52,043 nt of DNA from an uncultured Rhodospirillaceae bacterium (GCA_900318605.1 ONLJ01000070.1:1-52043); one strand, 5' to 3'; shown: positions 33,895 to 44,300, counted from the stretch's first letter. Numbers and translations: made by a program. Notes: generated by a model not told the origin, from the letters alone.

Positions 33895-34875
33895 ATGGGC
33901 AGAATTAACGAACACTACTATTCCGATTACTACATTACACCGGATAAACAACTGTTTGTGCCTGATCCGGAAACGGAAGCCGGTTTAATTCCGTACAGTG
34001 CCGAAGATTTTGATGAGTTTTATCATTTACTTGAATCAAATTATCAAGGGCGTTCAAGTTATTCGGTAATATATGAAGGATATTTTTTCCGCGTTGAAAG
34101 AACGGTTTCAATGTACGGCGTTATGTACTGTATGCGTAAAATGCCGAAACAGGTACCTGACATAAATCAGTTAGGATACAACAGAAATCTGGTAGAATAC
34201 CTTTCAAACTTAGGTTCGGCATCGGGTTTAATTTTGTGGGGAGGAGCAACCGGTTCAGGAAAAACCACATCCATTTCCAGCTTATTAAGAGAATACTTAA
34301 TCCGAAACGGCGGCTTTGCCTATACGATTGAAGACCCGTTTGAAATGCCGCTTGATGGCGAGTACAAGGCCCAAAACGGTTCGTGGGGAATGTGCAAACA
34401 AACCCAACCTGTCAACGACGACTGGGGAGCATCTCTGCGCTCGGCATTACGTTCCCGCCCGCGTTATATTCTGGTAGGCGAGATTCGCACACCTGAAGCA
34501 GCGAGCGAATGTTTACGTGCAGCAACTTCAGGACACTTGGTATTATCGACGATTCACGCCAATAATGTTGCCGATGCGATTGATGCGATTGTAAAACACG
34601 CTTCTGCCTCAGAAATGAGTGAAGAATTGGCATACGACTTACTTTCACGAGGATTGCTCGGAATAATCCACCAAAATTTGATAGGTGTAAACGCCAACCG
34701 CCGGCCGATTGTCCAATATATGTTTGCCAATCCGGACACCACTCAAGGTGACCAAACCCGAAGCATCATCAAGAGCGGAAAAATCAATGTTGCAACCACA
34801 ATTGAAATGCAGATGTTACGTTTAACTCAGGGCCGACCGCTGTTTGAAAAAACCGCACGAGACAAAGTTATTTAA
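33895..34875 (+). CDS. PilT/VirB11-superfamily secretion ATPase, divergent (326 aa)
   Basis: FFRVERTVSMYGVMYCMRKMP (PilT-like N-domain), Walker A WGGATGSGKTTS, Asp box YTIEDPFEMPL, Walker B RPRYILVGEIRT, His box SGHLVLSTIHANN. Confidence 0.75.
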   Translation: MGRINEHYYSDYYITPDKQLFVPDPETEAGLIPYSAEDFDEFYHLLESNYQGRSSYSVIYEGYFFRVERTVSMYGVMYCMRKMPKQVPDINQLGYNRNLVEYLSNLGSASGLILWGGATGSGKTTSISSLLREYLIRNGGFAYTIEDPFEMPLDGEYKAQNGSWGMCKQTQPVNDDWGASLRSALRSRPRYILVGEIRTPEAASECLRAATSGHLVLSTIHANNVADAIDAIVKHASASEMSEELAYDLLSRGLLGIIHQNLIGVNANRRPIVQYMFANPDTTQGDQTRSIIKSGKINVATTIEMQMLRLTQGRPLFEKTARDKVI

Positions 34876-36344
34876 TCCTTGACTTGTTTTTTGATAAGAT
34901 TTATCAACTCCTCATCTTCGCTTTTGAGCGCATATTCAAGAGCGATTTTGAGGTTTGCTTTAGCCGATTCTTTATCTCCGCTTAAATTTTCAATCAGCGC
35001 CAAATTAGCATAATCGGCAACCATACCGAACGAGCGGTTATTACGCTGTTCTAAATGAAGAGATTGCTGAATTAAAACCTTTGCTCGTTGCAGCTCATTT
35101 TTTTTCAAATATATAAGCCCCAGCAAACCATAAGCATTGGCATGATGAAAATTAACGCCGTATTTTTCGCTTATTTTAAGGATTCGCCTCAAAATGTCTT
35201 CCGCTTTTTCGAACTTATTTTTCTTAAAATAAACGGTAGCACTTAAATACAAACACTCGCACAGAGCCGAAAAATTTTTTTGCTTTAAATACAATTCTCC
35301 AGCCTTATTCGCAAAATCCAAAGCTTTGCGCGGCATATTTTTATTGTTGTATAAATGCGCCAAAATTTGCATACTCAAGGCAATTCCCCGTTTATTTTTG
35401 ATTTTCTGATGAATTTCGAGAGCATTATCGGCAGCCTTAAAACTTTTGGAGAAATTTTTATCGGCGATTTCGAGCAAAGCGATTTGATTTAAGATTTCGC
35501 CTTTTGTTTGTCTTAAAGACATATTTTCAAGAGCCGAATCGAATTTTTCGCGAGCCTCCTCGATACGACTTCCGAAAACCAACAACATACCGAGAACAGC
35601 CTTCGCCTGAGCCTCAAAAAGATTAAGCGAAAATTTTTCATAAATTTTGATTGCCGATTCAATCATTGTCTGCGCAACATCATTAACACAGCTCATTCGA
35701 TATATTTCACCCAAGATTAAATATGTTTCAGCTTCCTCTACCGGCATATCATGTTTCTGAAAATATTTTAATGCACTTGAAGCGTTAACCGAAGCTGAAA
35801 GCATATCGGCATCACGAATATAGATAACGGCGGAAATTTGATTATATAACGCCTTATTTAAGCCGTATAATTTTTTAGGACTGATTTTTTTTAAGCTTGA
35901 GCGCACCGAATCATAATCAAAAAATTTTTCCGCCAGAGAAGCAAACAACAACGCATAAAAAATATTATTTTTCCAAATTTTTTTATTTTTTTTCAACTCC
36001 GTATATGCTAACTTAACATCATGATGAGCTTTTAACAACAAAGACAAAGCCTTATCTTTTTGCGCCAAAAATTTTTCCGCGGTCTTGGTTTTTCCGAAAA
36101 TCAATTCAGCCAAAGCTCTTTTAGCTTTTTTATTCGCAGAAAAAAATAACTTCTGCACGCAGTTTTTTATGATTTCTGCGGAATAAAAACTGACATCAAG
36201 ATTTTGCTGTCGGCGCAAAATACGGATTTTAGCCATTTTTACAAAATGATTATACCTGATAAATTTAGCAATCACGAAACCGCAGATAAAAGTAAGCGTG
36301 ACAAGCAAAAAAAGAGCCGGATATTCAAAATTTATCATTTGCAT
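34872..36344 (-). CDS. membrane-anchored TPR-repeat protein (490 aa)
   Basis: N-terminal TM YPALFLLVTLTFICGFVIAKFI, then many 34-aa A/Y/L-patterned repeats (e.g. AYGLLGLIYLKKNELQRAKVLIQQSLHL). Its 3' end overlaps the ATPase gene by 4 nt, in convergent orientation. Confidence 0.7.
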   Translation of the reverse strand: MQMINFEYPALFLLVTLTFICGFVIAKFIRYNHFVKMAKIRILRRQQNLDVSFYSAEIIKNCVQKLFFSANKKAKRALAELIFGKTKTAEKFLAQKDKALSLLLKAHHDVKLAYTELKKNKKIWKNNIFYALLFASLAEKFFDYDSVRSSLKKISPKKLYGLNKALYNQISAVIYIRDADMLSASVNASSALKYFQKHDMPVEEAETYLILGEIYRMSCVNDVAQTMIESAIKIYEKFSLNLFEAQAKAVLGMLLVFGSRIEEAREKFDSALENMSLRQTKGEILNQIALLEIADKNFSKSFKAADNALEIHQKIKNKRGIALSMQILAHLYNNKNMPRKALDFANKAGELYLKQKNFSALCECLYLSATVYFKKNKFEKAEDILRRILKISEKYGVNFHHANAYGLLGLIYLKKNELQRAKVLIQQSLHLEQRNNRSFGMVADYANLALIENLSGDKESAKANLKIALEYALKSEDEELINLIKKQVKD

Positions 36345-36414
36345 TTACATTATATTAGCAATTTCAGGTTTAGCATAAAGCAAAATTGTATTCATTATAC
36401 GGGATTTTTTGAAA

Positions 36415-38850
36415 ATGGCTATTACAAAATTAACTTCTAACCAACTTTATCGTAAATGCGACACATCAAAATTCGGCTTCAACACAACCGCCGAATTGGA
36501 AGAACGTCTTTCCGCCCTCGGTCAGGACAGAGCAATCAGCGCCGTAGAATTAGGAATCCACATTCGTTCCCGCGGTTACAATTTATTCTGCTTAGGTCCC
36601 GAGGGAACGGGTAAGACCAGTCTTGTCAAACGAGTGCTTGAAAAAGAAGCGGCAAAACGCAAGACACCGGATGATTGGGCGTATGTATACAATTTTGATG
36701 AACCATATAAACCACGTGCGATTCGTTTTCCGGCCGGCGAAGCAGCGGAGTTTGCCAAAGATATCGATGGTTTATTGGATGAGTTTTCGGTAACTCTGCC
36801 GGCATTGATTGAATCGGAAGAATACAAAGCCGCGCTGGGAATTATCCGCCAGAAATACAAATCCAAAAAAGATTCCTATATTGAGATTTTACAAAAAAAA
36901 GCCAAGGGCAAACGAGTATCGCTTTTGCACATGCAGATGGGTTTGGTTGTTGCCCCGATGAAAGACGGAGAAGTTCTTTCGCCTGATGTATTCGACCAGC
37001 TTCCCGAAAATGAAAAAAAGCTGATTATGGATGATTTAAATGCGATGCAGGAAGAGATTGAAAATACTACCCAAAGCCTGCCGCATTGGGAAGAAAAACA
37101 AAAAGCCGAAATTGATTCTCTGCGCGAAAAAATCGTAAAAGCGGCAGTCAAAGAACCGATAGACCAACTGCGCCAAAAATATAAACCTTTAGCCCAGGTA
37201 AATCGCTTTTTGAAATCGATTCAAGACTATATTTTGGATAATGTCGATGAGTTTGTTCCGGCCGATTCCGAGCGTCAACCGGCTCCCGGCGACGAAAATG
37301 ATCCTTTGCAGATGTTACTGAGCCGGATGAAACAACCGGAAGAAGATAAATTTGCAAAATTCAAAGTCAACGTAATCGTTAAAAATACGGCCAATTCGGG
37401 CGCTCCGATTATTACGCTTGACCACCCGACACAGGGAAATCTAGTCGGAAAAGTCGAGCGTATTCAGCAATACGGCGCTTTATTGACTGACTTTACTTTG
37501 ATAAAAGGCGGAGCGTTACACCGAGCCAACGGCGGCTATCTTTTACTTGACGCCCGCAAACTCCTTGAACAACCGTTTGCCTGGGATTCCTTAAAACGAG
37601 CGATTGCCTCAAAACAAATCAAGATTGAAGCTCCGAACGAAGAAACAAGCTTTACGACGATTTCGCTTGATCCGGAACCGATACCGCTTGACTTTAAGGT
37701 AGTATTGACCGGCGATTTTGAAATTTATGATTTGCTGAGCAGTCATGATCCTGATTTCCGTGACTTTTTCAAAGTTGAAGCCGACTTTGGAACAATCATG
37801 GATCGCAACACGGAAAACGAAATAGAATATGCCAAACTTATCGGCTCGCTTTCAAAAAAGAAACATTTACGTTCGCTCAATCGCCAAGCGGTAGCTCGTG
37901 TAATCGAATACGCATCACGCCAGGCTGATGATGCCAACAAACTGACGGCTCACATTTCCTCAATCGGCGATTTGCTGCGCGAATCCGATTATTGGGCGCG
38001 CAAATCTAACTCAAAGCAAATCGGCAAAAACCACATTGAGCAAGCGATAGATGCTAAGGTTTATCGTGCCGACCGAGTTAAGAACTATATGTTGGAGGAA
38101 ATTGAAAAAGGCACGATTTTAATGGATATCAAAGGAGAGCGTGTCGGACAGATTAACGGTTTGGTGGTATATGATTTTTCGACTTATTCATTCGGCAAAC
38201 CGGCACGCATTACCGCGCAAGTACGTATCGGCAAGGGCGATTTTGTGGATATTGAGCGCGAAATTTCCTTAAGCGGTCCGATACATACCAAAGGTGTACT
38301 GATATTAAAATCCCTAATAGCCAACCGATTCGCCAAACATTCTCCGCTTTCGCTGTCAGCTTCGATAGTCTTTGAGCAATCATACGGCGGTGTTGATGGC
38401 GACAGTGCTTCTTCAACCGAATATTACTGCCTGATTTCGGCAATTTCTGAAATTCCGATTAAACAAAGCATTGCGGTAACAGGCTCGATTAACCAGTTCG
38501 GTGAAATTCAACCTATCGGCGGCGTAAACGAAAAAATCGAAGGCTTTTTCGATGTTTGCAATCATGCCGGTTTAACCGGTACTCAAGGTGTGATTATTCC
38601 GCGCACCAATGTCGGCAATTTAATGCTCCGCAGCGATATTTTGCAAGCGGTGGAGGAAGGAAAATTTACGATTTATGCAATAGACACGGTTGATGACGGT
38701 ATTGAAATTTTAACCGGAATGAAGGCCGGCAAAGCCGATAAAAACGGAGAATTTGAAAAAGACAGCGTAAATTATCGCGTACAAGAAAACTTACGCAAAT
38801 ACTATAAAGATTATGCACGTTATGCTAAAGAAACATCAGGCAACTTATAA
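36415..38850 (+). CDS. Lon-related AAA+ serine protease (COG1067/LonB-like, ~811 aa)
   Basis: I prefer the ATG at 36415 to the track's TTG at 36409. Walker A CLGPEGTGKTSL. C-terminal Lon proteolytic domain with GGVDGDSASSTE (catalytic Ser) and IGGVNEKIEGFF (catalytic Lys). Confidence 0.8.
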   Translation: MAITKLTSNQLYRKCDTSKFGFNTTAELEERLSALGQDRAISAVELGIHIRSRGYNLFCLGPEGTGKTSLVKRVLEKEAAKRKTPDDWAYVYNFDEPYKPRAIRFPAGEAAEFAKDIDGLLDEFSVTLPALIESEEYKAALGIIRQKYKSKKDSYIEILQKKAKGKRVSLLHMQMGLVVAPMKDGEVLSPDVFDQLPENEKKLIMDDLNAMQEEIENTTQSLPHWEEKQKAEIDSLREKIVKAAVKEPIDQLRQKYKPLAQVNRFLKSIQDYILDNVDEFVPADSERQPAPGDENDPLQMLLSRMKQPEEDKFAKFKVNVIVKNTANSGAPIITLDHPTQGNLVGKVERIQQYGALLTDFTLIKGGALHRANGGYLLLDARKLLEQPFAWDSLKRAIASKQIKIEAPNEETSFTTISLDPEPIPLDFKVVLTGDFEIYDLLSSHDPDFRDFFKVEADFGTIMDRNTENEIEYAKLIGSLSKKKHLRSLNRQAVARVIEYASRQADDANKLTAHISSIGDLLRESDYWARKSNSKQIGKNHIEQAIDAKVYRADRVKNYMLEEIEKGTILMDIKGERVGQINGLVVYDFSTYSFGKPARITAQVRIGKGDFVDIEREISLSGPIHTKGVLILKSLIANRFAKHSPLSLSASIVFEQSYGGVDGDSASSTEYYCLISAISEIPIKQSIAVTGSINQFGEIQPIGGVNEKIEGFFDVCNHAGLTGTQGVIIPRTNVGNLMLRSDILQAVEEGKFTIYAIDTVDDGIEILTGMKAGKADKNGEFEKDSVNYRVQENLRKYYKDYARYAKETSGNL

Positions 38851-38869
38851 TTAGATAATTTTCATTTCA

Positions 38870-38899
38870 AAAGGCTCATGATAAAAATTATGAGCCTTT
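38870..38899. terminator. rho-independent terminator between the convergent Lon-like and zinc-ribbon genes
   Basis: AAAGGCTCAT (38870-38879), a 10-nt loop, then ATGAGCCTTT (38890-38899), followed by GTTT. Confidence 0.6.
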
Positions 38900-38901
38900 G
38901 T

Positions 38902-39294
38902 TTAAATTTTAAATCCGGCTTTCAGCATCAAATAATAAACAACCGCAAAAAGCAAAAAAGCCAACACAAGATAGAAAGAAACATATAATATAAGGATAAA
39001 AAAGGCTAAAGCACCTATTGCCAACAAAACATTCATCAAGGTTTGAATCCAAGGGTTCATATTTTTAGCAAACAGTTCGATTTCATTTTTATCTTCGCCG
39101 CTTAATTGATGTTTGCACTTAACACATGTTTTGGCCGAAACAGGATTATCGGCACCGCAAAAATCACAAATTCGATAAAATCCTTCTCCCGAATCGGTTA
39201 TTCGATGCTTGCAATAAGGGCAAAACTTCAAGAACCAAAATCCTTTTGGTTCAACTTCCTTCTGACAATAAAAACAATAAAATTTCTCAGCCAT
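38902..39294 (-). CDS. double zinc-ribbon protein with a C-terminal two-TM anchor (130 aa)
   Basis: Start revised to the ATG at 39294 (CAT 39292-39294) with an AAGGA RBS. Motifs CFYC..x14..CPYC and CDFC..x12..CVKC, then hydrophobic LMNVLLAIGALAFFILILYVSFYLVLAFLLFAVVYYLML. Confidence 0.6.
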   Translation of the reverse strand: MAEKFYCFYCQKEVEPKGFWFLKFCPYCKHRITDSGEGFYRICDFCGADNPVSAKTCVKCKHQLSGEDKNEIELFAKNMNPWIQTLMNVLLAIGALAFFILILYVSFYLVLAFLLFAVVYYLMLKAGFKI

Positions 39295-39416
39295 TTTTTT
39301 CCTTTCTTTGACTAATTTAATATTTAATTTTCTTCTTCGCAAGCTTTTCTTTAACTTGACTAATAATCAATAATTTGCTAGAGCTTGCAAAGATATATTT
39401 TCTGGAGAAACGACTG

Positions 39417-40958
39417 ATGAAACGAGTGGTCATAATCGGTGCCGGACCGGCAGGAATAACAGCTGGCTATGAGTTAATGAAAAAAAAAGGATACAAAGTA
39501 ACGATTCTGGAAGCTGAAAATTCCATCGGCGGACTGGCAAAAGCCGTTTTACATGCGAATAACAGATTAGATATCGGCGGCCACCGCTTTTTCACCAAAA
39601 ACTGGAAAGTAAACTTATGGTGGCTGAAACTTTTTCCGATTCAGGCCCGACCGGCTTACGATTATTATAAAACACAGCGGAAACTAAATCTTCCGGAAAC
39701 CGGTCCCAGCCCGCATTTAGATGATATTGTAATGCTCAAGCGCCAACGTTTTTCGCATATCATTGACGGCAATAAAAATTATCCCTATCCGATGCGTTTC
39801 AATTCAAGAACAATTTTAAATATAGGCATAAAAAACACCTTTAAAGCTCTATCCGATTATCTTAAAATCAGGCTCAAACCCTTAGAACAAAATTCTTTGG
39901 AAGATTTTTACATAAACCGATTCGGCAATTTTCTTTATCGAAAATTTCTCGAGAGTTATCTTGAAAAGATTTTAGGTAAACATCCGAAAGATTTATCTGC
40001 CGACATGGGCGCACAAAAAATCAAAGGTTTAACTTTAGGAAGAATCATTAAAAATTCCTTTTACCGCACATTTCATCTGAAATGTTATACCGAGCCGTCG
40101 CTGGCAAGGGAATTTTACTATCCGAAATTCGGTCCCGGACATTTTTGGGAAACGGTTGCCTCGAAAATTACATCATCAGGCGGAAAACTGGTAAGAAATG
40201 CCAAAGTTGTCGAAATAAAACTTACCGAAGACGGCAACGTCGATGAAGTCGGCTACAAACTCAACGGCGAACTTTTTTACGTTAAAGCCGATGCCGTAAT
40301 ATCAACCATGCCGCTCAAAGATTTGGTAATGTGTCTGCCCGATGTTCCCGAAGATATCTGCCAGATTGCGAAAGATTTACCTTTTCGGGATATGGTTACA
40401 ATCGGTATGATGGTTAAAAAACTCAAACTGAGAAACACGACAAGCATAAAAACCTTAAACAATATCATACCGGACACATGGCTTTATATCAGAAATCCGG
40501 AAACCAAACTTTCGCGAGTGCAGATATACAACAACTGGTCGCCTTATCTTTTGCGTGATCCCAAAAAAAACGTTTGGCTCGGATTGGAATATTTTTGCCA
40601 GGACGGCGATGACTATTGGAAATTAAACAAGCAGCAATGGCGCAATGTTGCGGTAAAAGATTTGCTGGATTCCGGCATATTGGCAAACAAAAAAGATGTG
40701 CTAACTTATTGCGTAAAAAAAATATCTCATGCCATACCGCTTTACTGCGGCTCATACAATCAGCTGGATAAATTGCTGGAATATTTGGACTCAATCGGCA
40801 ATCTTTACAGCATCGGACGCAACGGTCAGCACCGTAACAATACGACTGACCATTCAATACTGACCGCCTTTGCCGCCGTCAAACACATAACCGGCAGAAA
40901 CGATGATAAAAAGAGAATCCGACAAATCAATAACGCGGCTTATGCGGATAAAAAATAA
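39417..40958 (+). CDS. FAD/NAD(P)-binding oxidoreductase (amine-oxidase/UDP-galactopyranose-mutase-like fold), specific function unknown
   Basis: Start revised to the ATG at 39417 (GGAGA RBS). Rossmann dinucleotide motif VVIIGAGPAGITAGYEL..G..VTILEA. C-terminal GRNGQHRNNTTDHS resembles the FAD-contact end of this superfamily. Confidence 0.65.
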   Translation: MKRVVIIGAGPAGITAGYELMKKKGYKVTILEAENSIGGLAKAVLHANNRLDIGGHRFFTKNWKVNLWWLKLFPIQARPAYDYYKTQRKLNLPETGPSPHLDDIVMLKRQRFSHIIDGNKNYPYPMRFNSRTILNIGIKNTFKALSDYLKIRLKPLEQNSLEDFYINRFGNFLYRKFLESYLEKILGKHPKDLSADMGAQKIKGLTLGRIIKNSFYRTFHLKCYTEPSLAREFYYPKFGPGHFWETVASKITSSGGKLVRNAKVVEIKLTEDGNVDEVGYKLNGELFYVKADAVISTMPLKDLVMCLPDVPEDICQIAKDLPFRDMVTIGMMVKKLKLRNTTSIKTLNNIIPDTWLYIRNPETKLSRVQIYNNWSPYLLRDPKKNVWLGLEYFCQDGDDYWKLNKQQWRNVAVKDLLDSGILANKKDVLTYCVKKISHAIPLYCGSYNQLDKLLEYLDSIGNLYSIGRNGQHRNNTTDHSILTAFAAVKHITGRNDDKKRIRQINNAAYADKK

Positions 40959-41066
40959 AACCATCAATATCCGAAAGTTTATCTTTGAATTTGAGAATCG
41001 AAACATATCTCCAAAAACGCAAACATCAAAGTTTGTTTTTGTTTCAACATTTACAGGAGATAAAAA

Positions 41067-41225
41067 ATGAGATTAAATAACAACAAAGTATCGGCATCGT
41101 CTTCAAAATCAAATGATTCATGTTCAAACGGTAATCAGAGTTCGACATCAACCAAAAAACCTTCCGGATGCGGTTGCGGTTCTGCAAATGAAAAAGAGAT
41201 GGATATAAACTTAAATCAACAATAA
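41067..41225 (+). CDS. unannotated 52-aa Ser/Asn-rich peptide with a CxxxxGCGCG cysteine cluster
   Basis: Below the track's length cutoff. A strong AGGAGA RBS lies 7 nt before the ATG at 41067. My own translation: MRLNNNKVSASSSKSNDSCSNGNQSSTSTKKPSGCGCGSANEKEMDINLNQQ*. It is followed at once by a good terminator. Confidence 0.5.
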   Translation: MRLNNNKVSASSSKSNDSCSNGNQSSTSTKKPSGCGCGSANEKEMDINLNQQ

Positions 41226-41244
41226 AAAAAATCTGATTTTTTTC

Positions 41245-41282
41245 AAACAGTCTTGTGTTATCTCAAGACTGTTTTGTTTTTT
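41245..41282 (+). terminator. rho-independent terminator after the small peptide gene
   Basis: AAACAGTCTTG (41245-41255), an 8-nt loop, CAAGACTGTTT (41264-41274), then TGTTTTTT. Confidence 0.7.
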
Positions 41283-41345
41283 AACCAAACCTTAAAATTT
41301 TTACGATAAAATCCGCTCAATATTTGTGTCCGGAAAGGTTTGAAT

Positions 41346-44300
41346 ATGTTAAAAAACAAGATATTGATAAAGACCGTAAGTTTAACTGCGTTGATTTCGT
41401 TTGCGCTTGCCTCCAGCCCCAAAACTCCCGAAGCGGCAATGCTTGTGCCGATTTCGTTTTCGCAGATGTACAGTTTAGCGCAAAACGGCGAAGTTGAAGC
41501 GTTGAGAGGCTCTGTTCACCGCGGCATGAACATTGATGTTATGAACCAAAACGGCGACACCGGACTATGCGTAGCAGCCAGAAGAAGAGATTCATACACA
41601 TACAATGCCTTTAGAGCCGCCGGAGCCAACCCTCGGCACCCTTGCACTCAATCCGTTCCCGGCTATGAAAGTTTCGTAAATTCGGCCAACACCGCACCAA
41701 TAAATTCAACATCGCGCACTGCCTACGGAATGATGGGAAAAGAAACCTACAAAGTTTCCCCGTGGGTATGGTGGGGATTAGGAGCCGTTGCCGTCGGAGC
41801 AGGCGTTGCCATAGCTTTAAGCGGTGGTGGCGGCGGTGGCAAAGATGATCCTGCACCAACACCAATTCCACCAATTCCACCTCTTCCACCGGTAGTTAAC
41901 CCAATTGACAGTGCCGGCAAAAACCTTGCCGTTAACGGAAGTATACTTGATACAGCCGCAAGCGGAGAAAACAAAACTAATACCTCCGATTTAAGTATGA
42001 CCAATGAAAACAGTTCCATCAGAGGAATGAATTTCAATAAAGACGTAACAAATAACAGTTCAATTTTGAACGTTATGCTGAAATCAACCGATGGCGGACA
42101 ATATACCAACAGCGCCGGAAAAGATTTGAATGCCGACTCTGGGGTAGTAGCGATGTCAGCATATAAAGGCAGCACAATAACAAACAACGGATATCTGAAT
42201 ATTACCGGATACAATGCGGCGATTGGCATGCTGGCAGGACATAATTCAACGGCCATTAACAATGGTAATGATGCATCAAACAATATAAACCTTACATTTT
42301 CCGGTTATAATATGACTGATTCCATAATCGGAATGTACGCTGATGCCGGCTCAAACATATATAACAACGGCAAAATCAACGGCACGGCATCATTGACTTC
42401 GGCCTCAGGAGGCACAACAACAGCCACCAAAGGCTCAATGGTAGGCATGGAAGTAATGGTAATCAATGCCAACACCGATTCAAGTGCCACGACATCGAGC
42501 GCCACCAATGCAGGCACCATAAAACTCATTGCCGGACAGAATTCCACCGGTTCAACCGAAAGTGTTGAAGTCAGCATTGTCGGTATGGGAACATATTTGG
42601 ATGACGGTTTTTTGAATGGTTCTAAAAACATTAACCGCGCCGAAAAAGCTAGTATAATCAACGGCACCGATATTGAGCTTTCATATTTGGGAAAATACTC
42701 ATCAAGCGACGATTATCTGCGTCAAGGTACGGGTGGTATTGTCGGCATGAAAGCCGATGCCAACGGTACAGCCATCAACAACGGCAAGATTACAATTGAT
42801 ATGTCCTCGACCGATTCGTCGGGTTCAACGGATTATGCCGTAGCCGCCGGCATGCAATCGGTACACGGCGGAGTCATTACCAACAGCAGCAGCGGCAATA
42901 TAAATTTATCGGTAAGCGCAGGAAACAACCGTATAGCTTATGGTATGGTTGCGGTTGAAGGAAGCGGAACGGTTTCCGGACTTTATGATATAGCCCCGAC
43001 AGTTAACAATGCCGGCAACATAACACTTGAAATCAGCAACGGTTACGGCATGGCATCATACACCGGAGGAACACTTAACAATTCAGGTACCATAACCTTA
43101 GGAAAAGAAGATGACACCTTATATACCAACAACATCGGTATGTACGGATCATCTTCAAAAAGCACCGATATAATCAACAGCGGAGATATAAATATTTATT
43201 CAAACAACTCGACAGCCATGCAAAACGACTTTGAAGGCGGCACAACAATCACCAACGCAGGCAACATAACCATTTACAAGAGTGCCACAGATTCGCACCC
43301 GTTCGCCGGCAAATACAGCAATATAATCAATAGCGGTACCATAAATTATCAAACCACACCTCAAGATTTGAGCGGAACAACCGGTACGTTTCCCGATAAC
43401 TTCAGTTTTGATTTAAAAGATGCCATAATCAATACCGACGGGGAAAACTCTTTAACTCCAAAAACCGTTGCATCATCAACTACGGTCAAGATAGATAACA
43501 AAGCAGGCGCACATATAAACATGACCGGTTCGTCATACACAGCGGCAATTGCCAACAATCTAGCTTTAGGCCATGTAGAAAATAACGGTATTATCAATAT
43601 TGAAGACCGCGACGATGGCTCGGCAATTAAAAACATCGGTATTTATGTTTCAAGTTCCGTTGCCAACGGTAACGAATCAGTGAATAATAACGAAATTACC
43701 GTTAACACCCGATACTCAGCGGGCATGGTAAGCGATGCCTCAGCCGAAAGCGTTTTATTAACGAACACCACTAACGGAAAAATAACTCTTAAAAAAGATT
43801 ATTCGATTGGTATGTATTCTTCTAATAGCAGTTCCGTCAACAACTCCGGAGAAATTACATTAAAGGGCAACAATTCCTACGGCATCGTGGTCAAAGGCAC
43901 GGGAGAGGCTGCTCATCGCCAAGAAATAACCAACAATAAAATTATCTTAGACGGCACCGACTCGACCGCAATTTATATTGCTAACGGCTCAACTGCAGAA
44001 ATTCTTGATGCTGGCAAAATTACCATCAATGCTGTCCGTGCTACCGGAATCCGCTATGGTAATGATGTTACTTTAAGCGCCATGCCTAATTTTGAAATAA
44101 CTGACAGCGCTAAAAACACTTTTACCTATTTCAATATTGGTCACGGAACTTTAGCTCTCAGTCTTCCTAACCAAATTTCCAACGGTCAAACCTTTGTTCT
44201 TATCAACGACTCCGGAAATTTAATAAACAATACTAACCTAATAACCGGACTTGAAGGCTCAACCTTATTTAAGGGAATAGGCACCGGAACCACTTCAGAA

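Noticed and set aside
36415-38850. The Lon-like protease as BrxL of a BREX-type defence system
   Set aside because: No PglX methyltransferase, PglZ, BrxA/B/C or other defence-like neighbours are present. The motifs fit the general Lon-related (COG1067-like) family instead.
41747-42283. 178-aa minus-strand ORF within the 5' part of the autotransporter
   Set aside because: It mirrors the Gly/Pro-rich and N/G/T-rich passenger coding region. The plus-strand ORF is continuous for 4.8 kb and has a recognisable C-terminal barrel.
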